DNA of 64,000 bases, from the NCBI GenBank assembly GCA_976551045.1, contig CDPCPM010000180.1, forward strand, positions 13,144,001 through 13,208,000, read 5' to 3'. Source of the DNA: Glaucostegus cemiculus (taxonomy: Eukaryota). Positions 49,371 to 62,337 of this stretch are shown here, piece by piece. The position numbers and the translations under genes are program-made. Positions within the stretch are counted from its first letter, which is position 1, and each line of letters starts with the position of its first letter. The notes beneath the pieces are model-generated. The model was not told where the DNA came from, ran no database searches, and worked only from the letters and a program-made list of their open reading frames with translations.

Positions 49371-49649
49371 AAAGAATTAGAACAGGTGAACAAATCAGAT
49401 CCAGTTCATCACTGTCATGACATTAATCAAAGCTACAGATGATATGTTTTATGAATTTGGCAATGACACACCAATTCTCTCTTCCCTTTGAGTAGTCTTT
49501 GTGGCCTTTAGTGAGCTTGACCAGCTCTGTTATTTTTCTGTCATTGTCCAGCTAACTAAGAGTTTGCTCTTTCAAGAATATTTTTAACCATTCATTTGTA
49601 ACTGATACTGAAATGATGGCTTCTCTATGAATGAATAGTCCCTTAAGTT

Positions 49650-49820
49650 TCTGCAGAAGATATGAAAATACTCAGGATGGCAGGCAGCATCTGTGGAGAC
49701 ACAAGGAAAGTTAATGTTACATGTCTGATGGAATTGACTCTTCCTCTCTTCACAGATGCTATCTGACCTACTGGGCATTTCCAGCATTTGTCTTAATCCA
49801 GATCTGCAGCTTTTTGCTCT
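49650..49820. mobile_element. Inverted PLE terminal-repeat fragments, old
   Basis: CAGGCAGCATCTGTGGAGA / TCTTCACAGATGCTATCTG inverted arms. Confidence 0.65.
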
Positions 49821-49869
49821 TCACCCTTGATATCTAGCCTTGGTCTTTCCTCTGTGACAAAAAACCTGT

Positions 49870-50110
49870 TGATGATAACGAGCTGCCTTTATCCACCACC
49901 CTCCTTCGCCCTTCCACTGTCTCAGGCTGAACCAGATGGCTTGCAACTATGGTGTTCAAGTTAGTTTTAAGCTGACCTCATTTCATCTCTGTGACCGCCT
50001 CCTCCCATTACCACAACATCACCTGTCTCAGCCCATCTGTTCCTGAAATCTCAACCATGTCTTTGTCACCACCAGACTAAATTATTCCAATGCTCTCCTG
50101 GCTGGCTAAT
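49870..50110 (+). mobile_element. L2-clade LINE remnant
   Basis: HVFVTTRLNYSNALLAG (L2 C-terminal motif, cf. HAFVTSRLDYCNSLL) at about 50057-50107. Confidence 0.7.
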
Positions 50111-50719
50111 TTCCAATCTGTTCTTTTCATATTTTGCTCACGATGTACTCCATCTGTGTTTCTCTGCCTTCTAAAATTTATATGACAGTCTCCATCTCTA
50201 TTTTATTTCAGCTTGCCATCAAACGTTTGCTTCCCCTGCATTTATAACAATATTGATCAGTATATACTGTTATGCATCTGGTAGTGTTAATTAGCCAGAT
50301 TGTGCACTAAGTCATGTGCTTTGATTGTAACTGAATAAACCAATATCAAATCTGAGCCTTTTGTTGCGTTTGGAGATGTTCTATTCAAAAATGGTTCAGT
50401 GTTTTCCTTGTTTACTATTACAATTTTTTTCCTCAAATTCTTTCATCATTTAATCTCTTGCAATTCTAGTGATTCTCATTTCTTCCCTGTAAATGTTATT
50501 AATTTCATGATGAGATCGGTAAGATAATAACCTGGTCATGGTCACTCACAAGTGAAAGCAGGTCACATTCTTTCCACCAATGTCTACTGTGGTGTAAGAA
50601 GGTCAATGGTCTAGAAAGTTTCCTGTTTGGGAATGTGACTTTGCACCCCCACCTGCATTGCAAAGTGTCCATATGTCTGATAGAGCAGCTGATTTTCTTA
50701 TTTCTGAAAGAAAGAACTA

Positions 50720-51060
50720 TAGTTAGATGGGATGTTTCATGAGCTTTGATATCCCAGAGTATTTTACAGCAAATGAAAATAATTTTAACTATAGTCCTTC
50801 TTGTCATGTTGATGACTTGATAAATAACTTGTGTAAAACAAAGTCCCAGAAACAGTAATACGATAATGACCAGGTTATCTATTTTGGCATCAAATAGCAC
50901 AGAAGATGGGCCAGCACAACTCCTTTGCTCTTTGAAATATTATTTTGAGTGTTTTATTTTCACTTTGTGACTAGGCAGTGCCTTGGTTTAATGTCTCACC
51001 TGAAAGACACCACCTCCAATGGAACAACACTCTGAGTACCCCACTGGAACATTAGGATTC
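50720..51060 (-). mobile_element. Deu-domain SINE
   Basis: CCTTGGTTTAATGTCTCACCTGAAAGACACCACCTCC, reverse of the Deu-core-like GGAGGTG..TCTTTC.GATGAGAC.TTAAACC.AGG. Confidence 0.65.
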
Positions 51061-52599
51061 TGCTGTGTGCCCAGCCATGAGCGATTGTGCACATTTCCTC
51101 ATCGCATGTAGTTGGATGCATCAGAGTGATTTGGCTGTGGAGAAAAAGGTGGCTCCATTAAGTGTTGTGCATCAGGTGGCATGCAAACACAATGAGACAA
51201 TAAGAAGGGCACTGCTGTCACAATGCCAAACCAAGAATAATATCACAGGTCAATTATAGGTACAAGGTCAATTATTGACAAATTCACCAACTGATAATGG
51301 AATATTCCTGAAGTAAAAATAATGCATTTACATTTCCAACTAATTTCTCTGTAATGTGACATTGATCAGAAGAACAATGGGCTCATTTTGGTTTCCTCTA
51401 GCAATGAGGTGTTTGTGCCTCATCTCAAGCCACTTATTGCTAATATATAGTCTCATGAATGCCAAATAAAACCAAAGTTTGAGGTACATGGAATGATAGT
51501 ACAATTAGCCTGACATACTTGTTAGACATCTGGCAGGACGCTTTCTGAATCTGATCAACCAAAATGAATTTTGTGAGAGGTTACTTTCAAATTTTGTCCT
51601 GACTGAACTTCAGAAACATGTTGGATTTCTGTTGAGAGAATTAATGGACATGAATTATTATATTGGACTATGACATACATGCATTCATTCACTCACTCTC
51701 TCTCTTTATCATTGTTGCATTTTCAGCAGGAGGCATGGAGTACAGAGTTAGGCACTGGGAGCCTGGCACAGATGAGTGGATGAAGGCAAATCAGAGGGGG
51801 CAAGGAGTGTGGAGAGTCACAAATGAAATTCCTCCCTTTGATTTGTTTTTATTAAGCAATTGACAAGGGAATGATCCCTATGCTACAAAATGAGTAATAG
51901 TGCAGAGACTTAATGGTGAATATGCCATATAGATTGATAGCAGCCTTGGCAATAAGAAGTCAAAGATGAGGACGTATGATGATGACTGTCTCAGATCCGT
52001 ATCTACTGAACCTTCACTAGTTGCACATGTTCCTATTAATTTTGCTTGTTGCCTATGATCGGGTAATTGCAGAATAGCACCAAACTTTCTGCAGGAGTCA
52101 AATGAGCTGGAAAACGGGCCATCGACAATTGATCTAGTTAATCTTATTAGGCACAACACTGATCATATGCTGTTACTGATTTTGGGAGTCTGAAGCATGT
52201 AGATGTATGGCGTGAGTTGCTAACAAATACGAAGCAGTAAAGGATCTTAAGCACAGTCACTTAAATAGCTTTTTATTTGGTCAAGGCTAGTGGAGTACAG
52301 ACTTGCAAGGCTTTTTTATTGATCATTACTTACATGGGGCCTTGCTGAGCAGTTACTAGACCCTGGTGTTCATTGCTGGAACCTGCCTATGGTCAAGCCT
52401 ATTTAAATAATATACTTTCACCTGGAGCAGGGGCTCTCCCTTACCTCTCTCCTCTCCATATCACATACATCATGACCCCCACCTATACAGCTCATGATTT
52501 TCTGCTCTTCACCTACACCTGTTAATTAATATTCCCTCCTACTTGATTAGGTCAAGTAAGTCTGAAAGGACTAGCAAGGTCAGGTTAATGAACATGGTG

Positions 52600-54145
52600 T
52601 AGCTGATGGGCTGAAGTATATTTATTTTAATGCAAGGGAGAAGGTAGATGAGCCTGGATTCGTACATGGAACTATGACATTGTAGTGACTACAGAAAACC
52701 AGTACTGGCAACTCAAGGTTCCAGAATTTGGATGATTCAGATGTGATAGACAGGGTTGTAAAAGAGGTGAGAAAGTTGCACTACTGATCAGGGAGAAGGT
52801 CAGAGTGGCACATCACAGAAGACATCCTGGACTGCTTATCCAATGAGGCAATATGGGCAGAGCTCAGCAATAACAAAGGCACAATCACCTCGGTAGGGTT
52901 ATACTACAGGGCTTCCAACACCCAGCAGGAGGTAGAGAAACAAATATGTAGGCAGATAATGGAAAGATGTAAAGCAACAGGGTTGTTGTAGTGGAGGAAA
53001 CCAGAGCACCTGGAGCAGACCCACACAGATATGGGGAGAATGTACAAACTCCTTACAGACAGTAGCAAGATTTGAACCCGGGTCGCTGGCGCTGTAAAGC
53101 ATTATGCTAACCGCTATGCTACCATGCCTGCAATGATCATATCTCCGTAAGTTTTCAAATAGTCCTGGATAAGTATATGACTGGACCTTGGGGGAGTGGG
53201 AGGGGAAAGGCTAATTACAACAGCATTAGGCAGGAGCTGGGGAGAGTAGATTGGGAGCAGCTGTTAATGGGTAAGTCCACATCTGACATGTAGAAGTTGG
53301 TTAGAGGCCAGCTGGTCAGAATTCAGGATGGACATGTTTCCATGAGAAAGGAAGACAAGGATGGCAAGGTTCAGGAGCCTTAGATGATGAGAGATGTTGC
53401 AAATTTAGTCAAAAAGAAAAGGGAATCATATGCAAAGTTTAGGAAGTCAGAGAGAGGCAAGAGAGGAAATTGCTGGGGTCTTGACAGAGATCCTTGTATC
53501 CTATATAGCCATAGACAAAGTCCCAGAGGAATGGAAAATAGCCAATGTTATTCCTCTGTTTAAGAAGAGCATTAGGGACAAACTAGAAAATGTTGCAGAT
53601 GTATAAAACTTTGGTTAGGCCACATTGTGTGCAGTTCTGTTCTTCCCATTACGGGAAGGATGTGGAGGCTTTGGAGAGGATGCAGAAGAGGTTTACAAGA
53701 ATGTTGTCTAGATTAGAATGTATTATAAAGAGAGGTTGAACAAATTTGGATTGTTTCCTCTGGAGGCTCAGGAACCTGCTAAAAATGTATCATATTATTA
53801 GGGTAGATAGTCAGAGTCTTTTTCCCAGGGTGGAAATGTCAAACACTAAAGGACATAGCTTTAAGGTGGGAGGGGGAAAGTTAAAGGGAGATTTGAGAGG
53901 CAACCTTTTTTTACACACAGAGTGTGGGAAGTGCCTGGAATGTGCTGCCAGAGGAAGTGGTGGAAGCAGGTGCAATTACAATTTAAGAAGCATTTCATTT
54001 AAGAGGTCTTTGAACAGACACATGAACATGCAAGGAATGGAAGAGTATTGACTGTGTGCAGGCAGATGTGCTATTTAAATTGCATCATGGTCAGCACAGT
54101 CATCATGGCCGAAAGGCCTGTTCCTGTCCTGTACTGTTCTATGTT
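52600..54145 (+). mobile_element. CR1 LINE ORF2 with large internal deletions
   Basis: LKYIYFNAR, YDIV, SNEAIWAEL, VPEEWKIANVIPLFKK, ALERMQKRFTRML, TKGHSFKV; tail GGCCGAAAGGCCTGT..TGTTCTATGTT. Confidence 0.85.
52992..53128 (-). mobile_element. tRNA-derived V-SINE/HE1-like SINE 5' part, nested in CR1
   Basis: Minus strand GGCATGGTAGCATAGCGGTTAGC (A box), GACCCGGGTTCAAATC (B box), TGTAAGGAGTTTGTACATTCTCCCC, GGTGCTCTGGTTTCCTCC. Confidence 0.85.
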
Positions 54146-56740
54146 GATCCTTGGCTCAGCACTATCCCTCTTTCTTTTATACAGCACTGGCAGCTAAATC
54201 CACACAACTGACCACTGTCCTGACACCCCTCAAATCTCCAGTCTTAAACCCCACACTGACCCCCCAGTCCAATCCTTCACCCAGACTCAGCATCTCTAAA
54301 TGCTTCTGTTTCTTTTGCATGCTCTGTAACAACTAAGATGGTGTTTTAGCCTTTCAGAATTTAAAGCTTGTTCAGTAACATGGAACATGTTTGGGCCTGG
54401 AGTCCTACTAGATCTTGCAGAGGCAGGCCCTTTGCTAAATGCTTATTTGACCACTTCCTGCCCCATTAGGATAGCTAAATGGACAAAGTTCAATCTCCAG
54501 GCTGTAAGTTTTTCAAAGGATATCCATGTAATTCCAGAACATTTTCCTTAATCTGTTAACATTCTTCAAACAATGCCAATTTATTTGGGAAATGGTAAAC
54601 ACCCTCATTACTATTTTAAATTATTGATAGTTTACCAGAACGACCAAGTGGAGGTACTGTTGACACATTTCACCAGTGAAGTGAGGACCTTCTTTACTAT
54701 TCACAAAACTATACTAGGTTCTTAGAAACCAGAAAAGCAAACAGGCAGCTACTTATTGGATTCCACCAGTGGCTTTGATTGACTCTCTGGAACACCTGGA
54801 AATATATTACTAGGTTTTAAACCATCACCTACTGTTTCTTCCCATGTCTGAGATGTGTTCCCTTCAGGGCTGAGTGTCAAAACTCTGCCAGTGCTACAAG
54901 TCCTGACAACTGTTCCGAACAGTGAAAAGGAATGATCAAAGCTAAGTAAGATTCAGTTGCAAAGCCCTTCAGGCTCTTCAGATGAATGAAAGGAATGGCA
55001 GATTAGCCTGTCCCAACAACCAGAAAGGAGGACAGGAATGGATGAGAGACCAAAATACATTTTGGATGTAAAAATGTATATGCTGCAGGGCTAAAGGGCA
55101 GAAAATGGAGTGGGACTGACGGGATTGCTCTGTTAGAAATCAACATGGACCTAATGGGATGAATGTGCTGTAACAAGCAAGTCAAAGAGTCCTGTGGCCA
55201 TACAGCACCAAAGCAGGCCCTTCAGTCTACCCTGTCCATACTGACCATCAAGTATCCATCTGTACTAATACCTACTAATCCCATTTGCTAGCACTTAGAA
55301 CATGGAAAACCTACAGCACAATTCAGGACCTTTGGCCCACAAAGCTGTGTCGGACATGTCCCTACCTTAGAAATTACTAGGCTTACCCATAGCCCTGTAA
55401 TCTTCTATTCAAGCATTCATCTAGATACATTTTATATGTTGCAAGAGTACGTGCCTCCACCAACCCTCTCAAGCTGTGCATTTCAAACACTAACCATGCT
55501 CTGAGTGAGAAAAAAAATCCTTCCTTATATCTCTCCTAAACCCCTTACTCCTGACCTTAAACCCATGCCCGCTGGTCACAGCCAGTTCTAATAAAGGGGA
55601 AGTTTACCACTGTCTACCTACATATGCCCCTCACAATTTTGCACACCTCTAACAGATCCCTTCTCAACCTTCTCTGCTCCAAGGAAAACAAACACAATTA
55701 TCCTGTCTCTCCTTATAATTGAGACACTTCATCCCAGGCAACATCATGGTGACTCTCCTCTGCACCCTCTCCAGAGCAATCACACCCTTTCTGTATTGTG
55801 TCAACCAAAACTGTACACGATATTCCAGATTGGCCTCAGCAATGTTTTATAAAGCTGTACCATGACCTTCCTGCCCTTATATTTTATTAAGGCTAATGAA
55901 GCCCAGAATCCCATATACCTTCTCGATCACTCTATCCACCTGTGCTGCCACCTTCAGGGACCTTTAGCCTTGTACACCAAAGTTTCTCTTTTCCTCAATA
56001 CTCCCTGTGGCCTATCATTCATTAAGTATATCCTACCCTTATTTGACCGCCAGAAAATACATCATTTCACACTTATCAGGATTAAATTCCATCTGCCATT
56101 CCTCTGCCCAATTTACCTGCTGATTAATATCTTTCTGCAGCATGCGATTATCCTCCTCACTATTCACAATCCCACAATTTTTTGTATTATCTGTAAACCT
56201 ATTAATCATACTTCCTACATTAACATCACCATTTCCCTCACCAAAATCTCCAGCTACAATGATTTTCTCCTCAGTGAATACAGAAGTATTCCTATGAAAC
56301 CTCTTCAACTTCTCTTGCCTTTGTGCTTCCTTTACTCCCCAATGGGCCTCACACTTTCATGGCTATCCTTTTGCTCTTAATATTCTTATAAAAATTTAGG
56401 GATTTTCTTTCCTCTTATCAGCCAGTAATATTTCATGGTGCCTCTTTGCCCTCCTAATTTCATTCTTAATCACCTCCTACAGATCATATCATCCTGAAGG
56501 TCCTGCCCTATTTTCAGTACTCTTCTACTTTTTTTCTTAGTCAAACCCTCAGTGCCCCTTCACCTCCAGGGTTCTCTGGACTTGTCATTCTTGCCTTTCA
56601 GCCTTATGGAAATGTGTTAGCTCTCATTATTTCATATTTAAAGACATCCACTTGTTGGATGTAGCTTTACTCCAAGTAGTTGTAGTACTCCCAAATATCC
56701 TCAATCTATCTTCACCTGGTGGCAGGTGGTCTCACAGTCC

Positions 56741-57503
56741 ATAGAACATAGAACAATACAGCACAATACAGGCCCTTCGGCCCACCATGTTGTGCCGACC
56801 TTCAAACCACTCCTAAGACTATCTATCCCCTTCATCCCACATATTCCTCTATCTTAAATTCCTCCATATGCTTATCCAACAAACACTTGAACTTGCCCAA
56901 CATATCAGCCTCCACCACCACCCCAGGCAGCGCATTCCATGCACCAACTACTCTCTGGGTGAAAAACCTCCCTCTGATATCTCCCTTGAACTTCCCACCC
57001 ATTACCGTAAAGCCATGCCTTCTTGTATTGAGCATTGGTGCCCTGGGAAAGAAGCACTAGCTGTCTACTCTATCTATTCCTCTTAATATTTTGTATACCT
57101 CTATCATGTCTCCCCTCATCCTCCTCCTCTCCAAAGAGTGAAGCCCTAGCTCCTTTAGTCTCCCCTCATAATCCGTACTCCCTAATCCAGGCAGCATCCT
57201 GGTAAATCTCCTCTGCACCCTTTCCAACTCCTCCACATCCTTCCTATAATGAGGCGATCAGAACTAGACGCAGTACTCTAAGTGTGGTCTAACCAGAGTT
57301 TTGTAAAGCTGCATCATTACTTTGCAGCTCTTAAACTCAATCCCACAATTTATGAAAGCTAATATCCCATAAGCTTTCTTAACTACCCTATCCACCTGAG
57401 AGGCAACTTTCAGTGATCTGTGGATATGAACCCTCAGATCCCTCTGCTCCTCCACACTGCTCAGAATCCTATCATTTACCTTGTATTCTGCCTTGGAGTT
57501 GAT
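56741..57503 (-). mobile_element. Younger CR1 3' part with 7-bp TSD
   Basis: EQRDLRVHIHRSLKVASQVDRVVKKAYGILAFI..RPHLEYCV, FFTQRVVGAWNALP; ACAGTCC at 56734-56740 and 57504-57510. Confidence 0.92.
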
Positions 57504-57603
57504 ACAGTCCTGATGCACGGTTTCGATCCAAAATGCCACCTATTCCTTTCACCCCCACAGATGTTGCTCAGCTGCTGAGTTCCTCCAGCAGACTGTTTGT
57601 TGC
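57504..57603 (+). mobile_element. PLE terminal-repeat fragment with decayed hammerhead motif
   Basis: CAGTCCTGATGCACGGTTTCGATCCAAAATGC..CACAGATGTTGCTC..CTGCTGAGTTCCTCCAGCAG. Confidence 0.75.
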
Positions 57604-60577
57604 AATGTGTCTAACGATGCTGAAATTCAGAACTTCCCCCAATTCCTTCCTTGTTTCTTTCCATGATTACCTTGAAACTTACAGAGTTATGGTCACTACC
57701 TCCAAAATTTTCAGCCACTGACAACTTGCCTGACTTCATAACCAAGGATTACATCCATCATTCTCTCATCCCTGGTAGGACTACTTCCATGCAGCACAAA
57801 AAGCTCTCCTGAATGCACTTTAAATATTCCGTCCCCATCTAATCTTTTCACATTTGGGTGATCCCAATTAATATTGGGGAAGTTGAAATCCCCATCTCAT
57901 AACACTGCTATTACAGCTCTCTGTGATTTACCTACATACCTGTTCCTCTATTTTCCACTTACTGTTGGGAGGCCTGTAAAGTTACCCCAATAAAGTGAAC
58001 ACCCCGTGTTTATTACTAATCTCTACCCATGTGGCCTCATTTGAAGAGACTTCCAAAGTATTTTCCCTCATTAGAGCAATGATGGACTTCTTAATCATTA
58101 TTGCAATGCCGCCACGTCTTTTACATGCCCCCATCATGCCTGAAGATTGTCTACCCTGCAACACTGAGATGCCAGTCCTGACCTTCCTTCAATCATGTCT
58201 CTGTGATAGCTACAATAATTATGATCCCATGTGTTAATCAGCACTCTATGCTAATCTGCCTTACATTCTTGCATTAAAATAGATGTAATTTAACTTATGC
58301 ACCCTCCCACGTGCATTAACGTGCCCATATCTGCTCTGTCAGCTGGACTAATCTAGTTTTTCTTCTACATTTGTTTGCACCTATTCCCCAGATATACATC
58401 CCCTCTATGTCTCAATCCCCAGCCAAATTAGTTTAAAACCTCCCCAACAGCACATTCAGACCTCCCTGCAAGAATATTGGACCTGGCCTGATTCAGGTGT
58501 AACCTGTCCTGCTTGTACTGGTCCCAGGATCTTTAGATTAAATGCAAAGTAAAGGGAGCAAGGGAGAAAGTTGTGTGGCTGAGAAAGGTGGACTGCTGTC
58601 AGAAACCTACCATTATTTATAAGGCAGGCACGTGTCCCAGGAGAGTGCTTGTGTGTACAGTGTAGTGAATTCATTGCATTAACCACTAAATTAGGAAAAG
58701 AAATACTGGCTCAGAATTGTCTCAGAGCAATGTCTCCAGTAGGTCAGTGCTTTCCTACAACTGATATTCCAGTGGTAATTCGGTACTTGAAGCCAGCCCT
58801 ACTCACAAAAATGTCTTGGCAGCTGATTCTGCCATGTCCCCATCATAAATATCATCAAACCAAATATTGAAAAAATAAAAAACTTAAATATGAATTAAAT
58901 ATTTCTATTTTTTTAAATTACTTCAGAAAACACTTCAAACTTGTTTCAAACTAAGAAAATGCACTCTTTCTCTCCACTAAAATGAATGGAATCAATGAAC
59001 CTGCCACAAGTTCAGTGGGCAGATTTCCCAACATAACCTTTCACATTTGCCTGCTAATCACATTGCTGATGGTTACTTGGTGGAATGCAAGTAGTTCCAT
59101 GGGGAAGTCCTGAACTTCTTTACTTCTATTTGGGGAAATAATAGACAGTTCTATGCAGTACTGTCAGTATTTCTCCAGAAAATACAACACATTATTTCAA
59201 AACAGGTTGAAATTCAAACATAATTAGAGGAAACAATATTGCTTTAATGTTTTTTTTTCTGATTTCTAATATTTGCTGATACTATTCAATTTTTTTTTGC
59301 TGTCTTTATTTGGGAATGTTGATGCCAGTTGGGAAATTTTAATTGATGAAATGAATTGGTCCCCAAATTCACTTATGGAAATTAACATTGCCAATAATAT
59401 AGATAAATATTTGAAGTGGTTCTCATGATAATGTCAATCTATTACATTGAAAGCATCAAGCTTTGTCTGTTCATTCATTTAGATAATTTTCTTCTCTTTT
59501 GAGCTTTATATTGTGTTTTGCCAAACATGCCTAAGATGAGCTGGAAATGCCAGAGTGCTTGAGATGATTAACATAGTGGTCATGTTGATGGGACTGAGAA
59601 CACATTGCATGATGTGGTGAGAATGTTGGGAATCAGTTCACATCAAACAGCCTCAGAACATGATGACAGTCTAAAGATGTGTGACTAAGAGCAAGCTCCA
59701 CAGGTGACTGATGGAAGAGAAATTATAGGCTGAACTGGGCATGTGAGTTACTGGAATGGATGGGGTTGACTGTGATATTTTAAAAAAAGCTTTTTAGAAA
59801 AGTGTTGCTTGTTGCAGTAAGACCCAGTTTCACATTGTCAGACTGATGTGCCTAGCACGCAATAAGTAGGTGTTAGCAGAATAATTATATTGACACTCTG
59901 CATTATGTGAATTATCAGCTCTTTCCTAAAGTTTAATAAATTCCCTTTTATTTCTATCTTAGCTGCAAGCAACATTTTGCTTAGGATTACAATGGAAGTA
60001 GGTGTTATGGGATCAGAAGATTATTTGTATAGTCAGACTTCCTTGGATAAAAAGCAACATTACAAAATCATTACAAATATTACTCACTACACTTTAAAAG
60101 TTTTGTCTTGTGATCTTTTCACACCATTTCTCAAATTCTGCTCCTTAGCTTGTTATTTCACAGTATAGCTCTCTGCATTTTATTTGCAGATCATTTGTGA
60201 CTTTGCTGAAGGTCATATAGGTGATGTAACAAATCCCATGTATATTTTGCAGCAGACTGGTTAACCTAGAGGGTCTATTCATATCTGTTATTGTTTGTAT
60301 GCTGGTAGAAACTTTATTTTCATCCCTGGACATTTGTGTTGCTGTAAAACAAAAAAGGGCAGAGAAGTGGGAATGTCTTTGAAGATTTCATCCTGAGCAA
60401 TTTCATTAATTAATTTGTTTTTAAATTGGTGGACTTTATTCAGGGCCAGAACTAATGATCACTTGGAAAGGCAGGGACTGATCAGACGTGGCCACGATGG
60501 CTTTGCCAAAGGCATATCCTGTCTGACCAATCTGACTGAATTTTTTTAAGGTGGTAACAAAATGTATTTAAGAGAGC

Positions 60578-62110
60578 AATTGGTAATTGGTTTATTATTT
60601 CCACGTTTCAAGATAAAGTAAACAGCTTTTGTTTGCATGCCATCCAGACAGTTCATTTCATACATAAGTACCTGGAGGCAGCACAAAAGAAAAGAAAAAC
60701 AGAATACAGAATCTAGTCATAGAGTCATTCAGCATAGAAACAGGCTCTTTGGCCCAACTCATCCATGCCGACTGTGTTGCCTAACAAGCTAGTCCCATCT
60801 GCCTGCATTTGGCCCATAGCCCTCTAAACCTCCCTTATCCATGTCCTTACCTGGATGGCTTTTAAATGTTCCTAATGTGCCCACCTCAGCCACTATTTCT
60901 GGCAGCTCATTCCAAATACACACCACCCTTTGCTGGAAGAAGCTACCCCTTTTAAATCTCTCACCTCTGATCTTAAACCTATGCCCTCTTATTTTTAGTA
61001 CCTCCTCCCTGGGAATAAAGGCTATGTGCTCTCACCCTACCTATGTCCCCTCATGATCTTATAAACCTCTACCAGGTTACTCCTCAATCTCTGACATTCC
61101 AGGGAATAAATTCCTAGTCTACACAACCCCTTCTTGTAACTCAGGCCCCCAAGTCCAGGCAATGTCCTGGTAAGTCTTTTCTGCACTCTTTCTAGTATAA
61201 CAACATCTTTCCTATAACAGGGTGGCCAAAACTGTATACAATACTCTAAGTGCAGCCTCACCAATGTCTTATACAACTGCAACATAACTTCCCAACTCCT
61301 GTACAAAAGTGTTATTGTTACAGAGAAAGTGCAGTCTAGGTAGATAAATAAAGTGCAAAGGCCATAACAAGGTAGATTTAAAGATCATAAGTTCATCTTC
61401 AGCATATACGATGTCCATTCAAGAGTCTTATAAGGGTGGGATAGAAGCAGTCCTTGAGCCTGGTCGTGTGTGTTTTTAAGCTTTGGTATCTTCTGCCCGA
61501 TGGGGGGGAGAAAAGAAAGAATGGCTGGGGTTCTTGATTATGTCAGCAGCTTTCCTGAAGCAAGAGGAAGTGTAGACAAAGTCAATGGAGGGGAGGCTAG
61601 ATTCCATGATGGACTGGGCTGTGTTCACAACTCTCTGCAGTTTCTTGCAGTCTTGGGCAGAGCAGTTGCCATACCAAGCCGTGATGCATCCGGATAGGAT
61701 ACTTTCTAAGGTGCATCTATAAAAAATTGGTGAGAGTCATCAGGCCAACTTTCCTTAGCCATCTGAGAAAGTAGAAGCAATGATGTGCTTTCGTGGCTTT
61801 AGCATCCATGTAGCTGGAACAGGACAGATTGTTGGTGATGTTTACACCTAGGAACTTAAAGCAGCCAACCAGCTCCACCTCAGCACCATTGATACAGGAC
61901 AGGGGCATGTGCTCTGCTCCACTTGCTGCAGTCAATGACCAGCTCGTTTGTTTTGCTGATATTGAGGGAAAGGTTGTTGTCTTGACACCATGCCAATAGG
62001 CTCTCTATCTCCTTTCTGTACTTTGTCATCCTTATTTGAGATCCAGCCCATTACAGTGCTGTCATGCTCAAAGTTTTAAATGGAGTTAGAACAAAATTTG
62101 GCCACAAAGT
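60578..62110 (-). mobile_element. Rex1/Babar LINE, 5'-truncated, interrupted by a CR1
   Basis: Tail AATTGGTAATTGGTTTATT on +; INGAEVELV.CFKFLGVNITNNLS..YFLRWLRKVG; VAKFCSNSI near 62085-62108. Confidence 0.85.
60713..61303 (-). mobile_element. CR1 LINE 3' part nested in the Rex 3' UTR
   Basis: YRSWEVMLQLYKTLVRLHLEYCIQFW..LERVQKRLTR; AGTCATAGAGTCAT tail on +. Confidence 0.9.
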
Positions 62111-62337
62111 ACAGTAGATATGGTTCACATGGACTTCGCTAAGGCTTTTGACAAAGTTCTCCATGGGAGACTGGTCCAAAAGGTATGGGCCAATGGGATG
62201 CAGGGCAAATTGGTAAATTGGATCCAAAGTTGGCCTGGCAATAGGAGACGCTGTGGGTGACAGGAAAAGGTTGTCTTTGTGATTGGATGCCTGTAACCAG
62301 TGTTGTTCCACATGGATTGGTGCTGGGACCTTCTCTG

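Larger units (their letters stand above)
55185..58530 (-). mobile_element. Long CR1 LINE (ORF1 esterase-like end, endonuclease, RT, 3' end) with deletions and nested inserts
   Basis: WDQYKQDRLHLNQ..NILAGR at about 58430-58530; RRGGIAIMIK, SSNEATWVEI, WDFNFPNINW, QWAEEWQMEFNPDKC-like motif. Confidence 0.8.

Noticed and set aside
52992-53128. tRNA gene
   Set aside because: A/B boxes continue into a SINE core and no complete cloverleaf is evident.
55862-56380. 172-aa hydrophobic plus-strand ORF
   Set aside because: Antisense reading of a minus-strand CR1.
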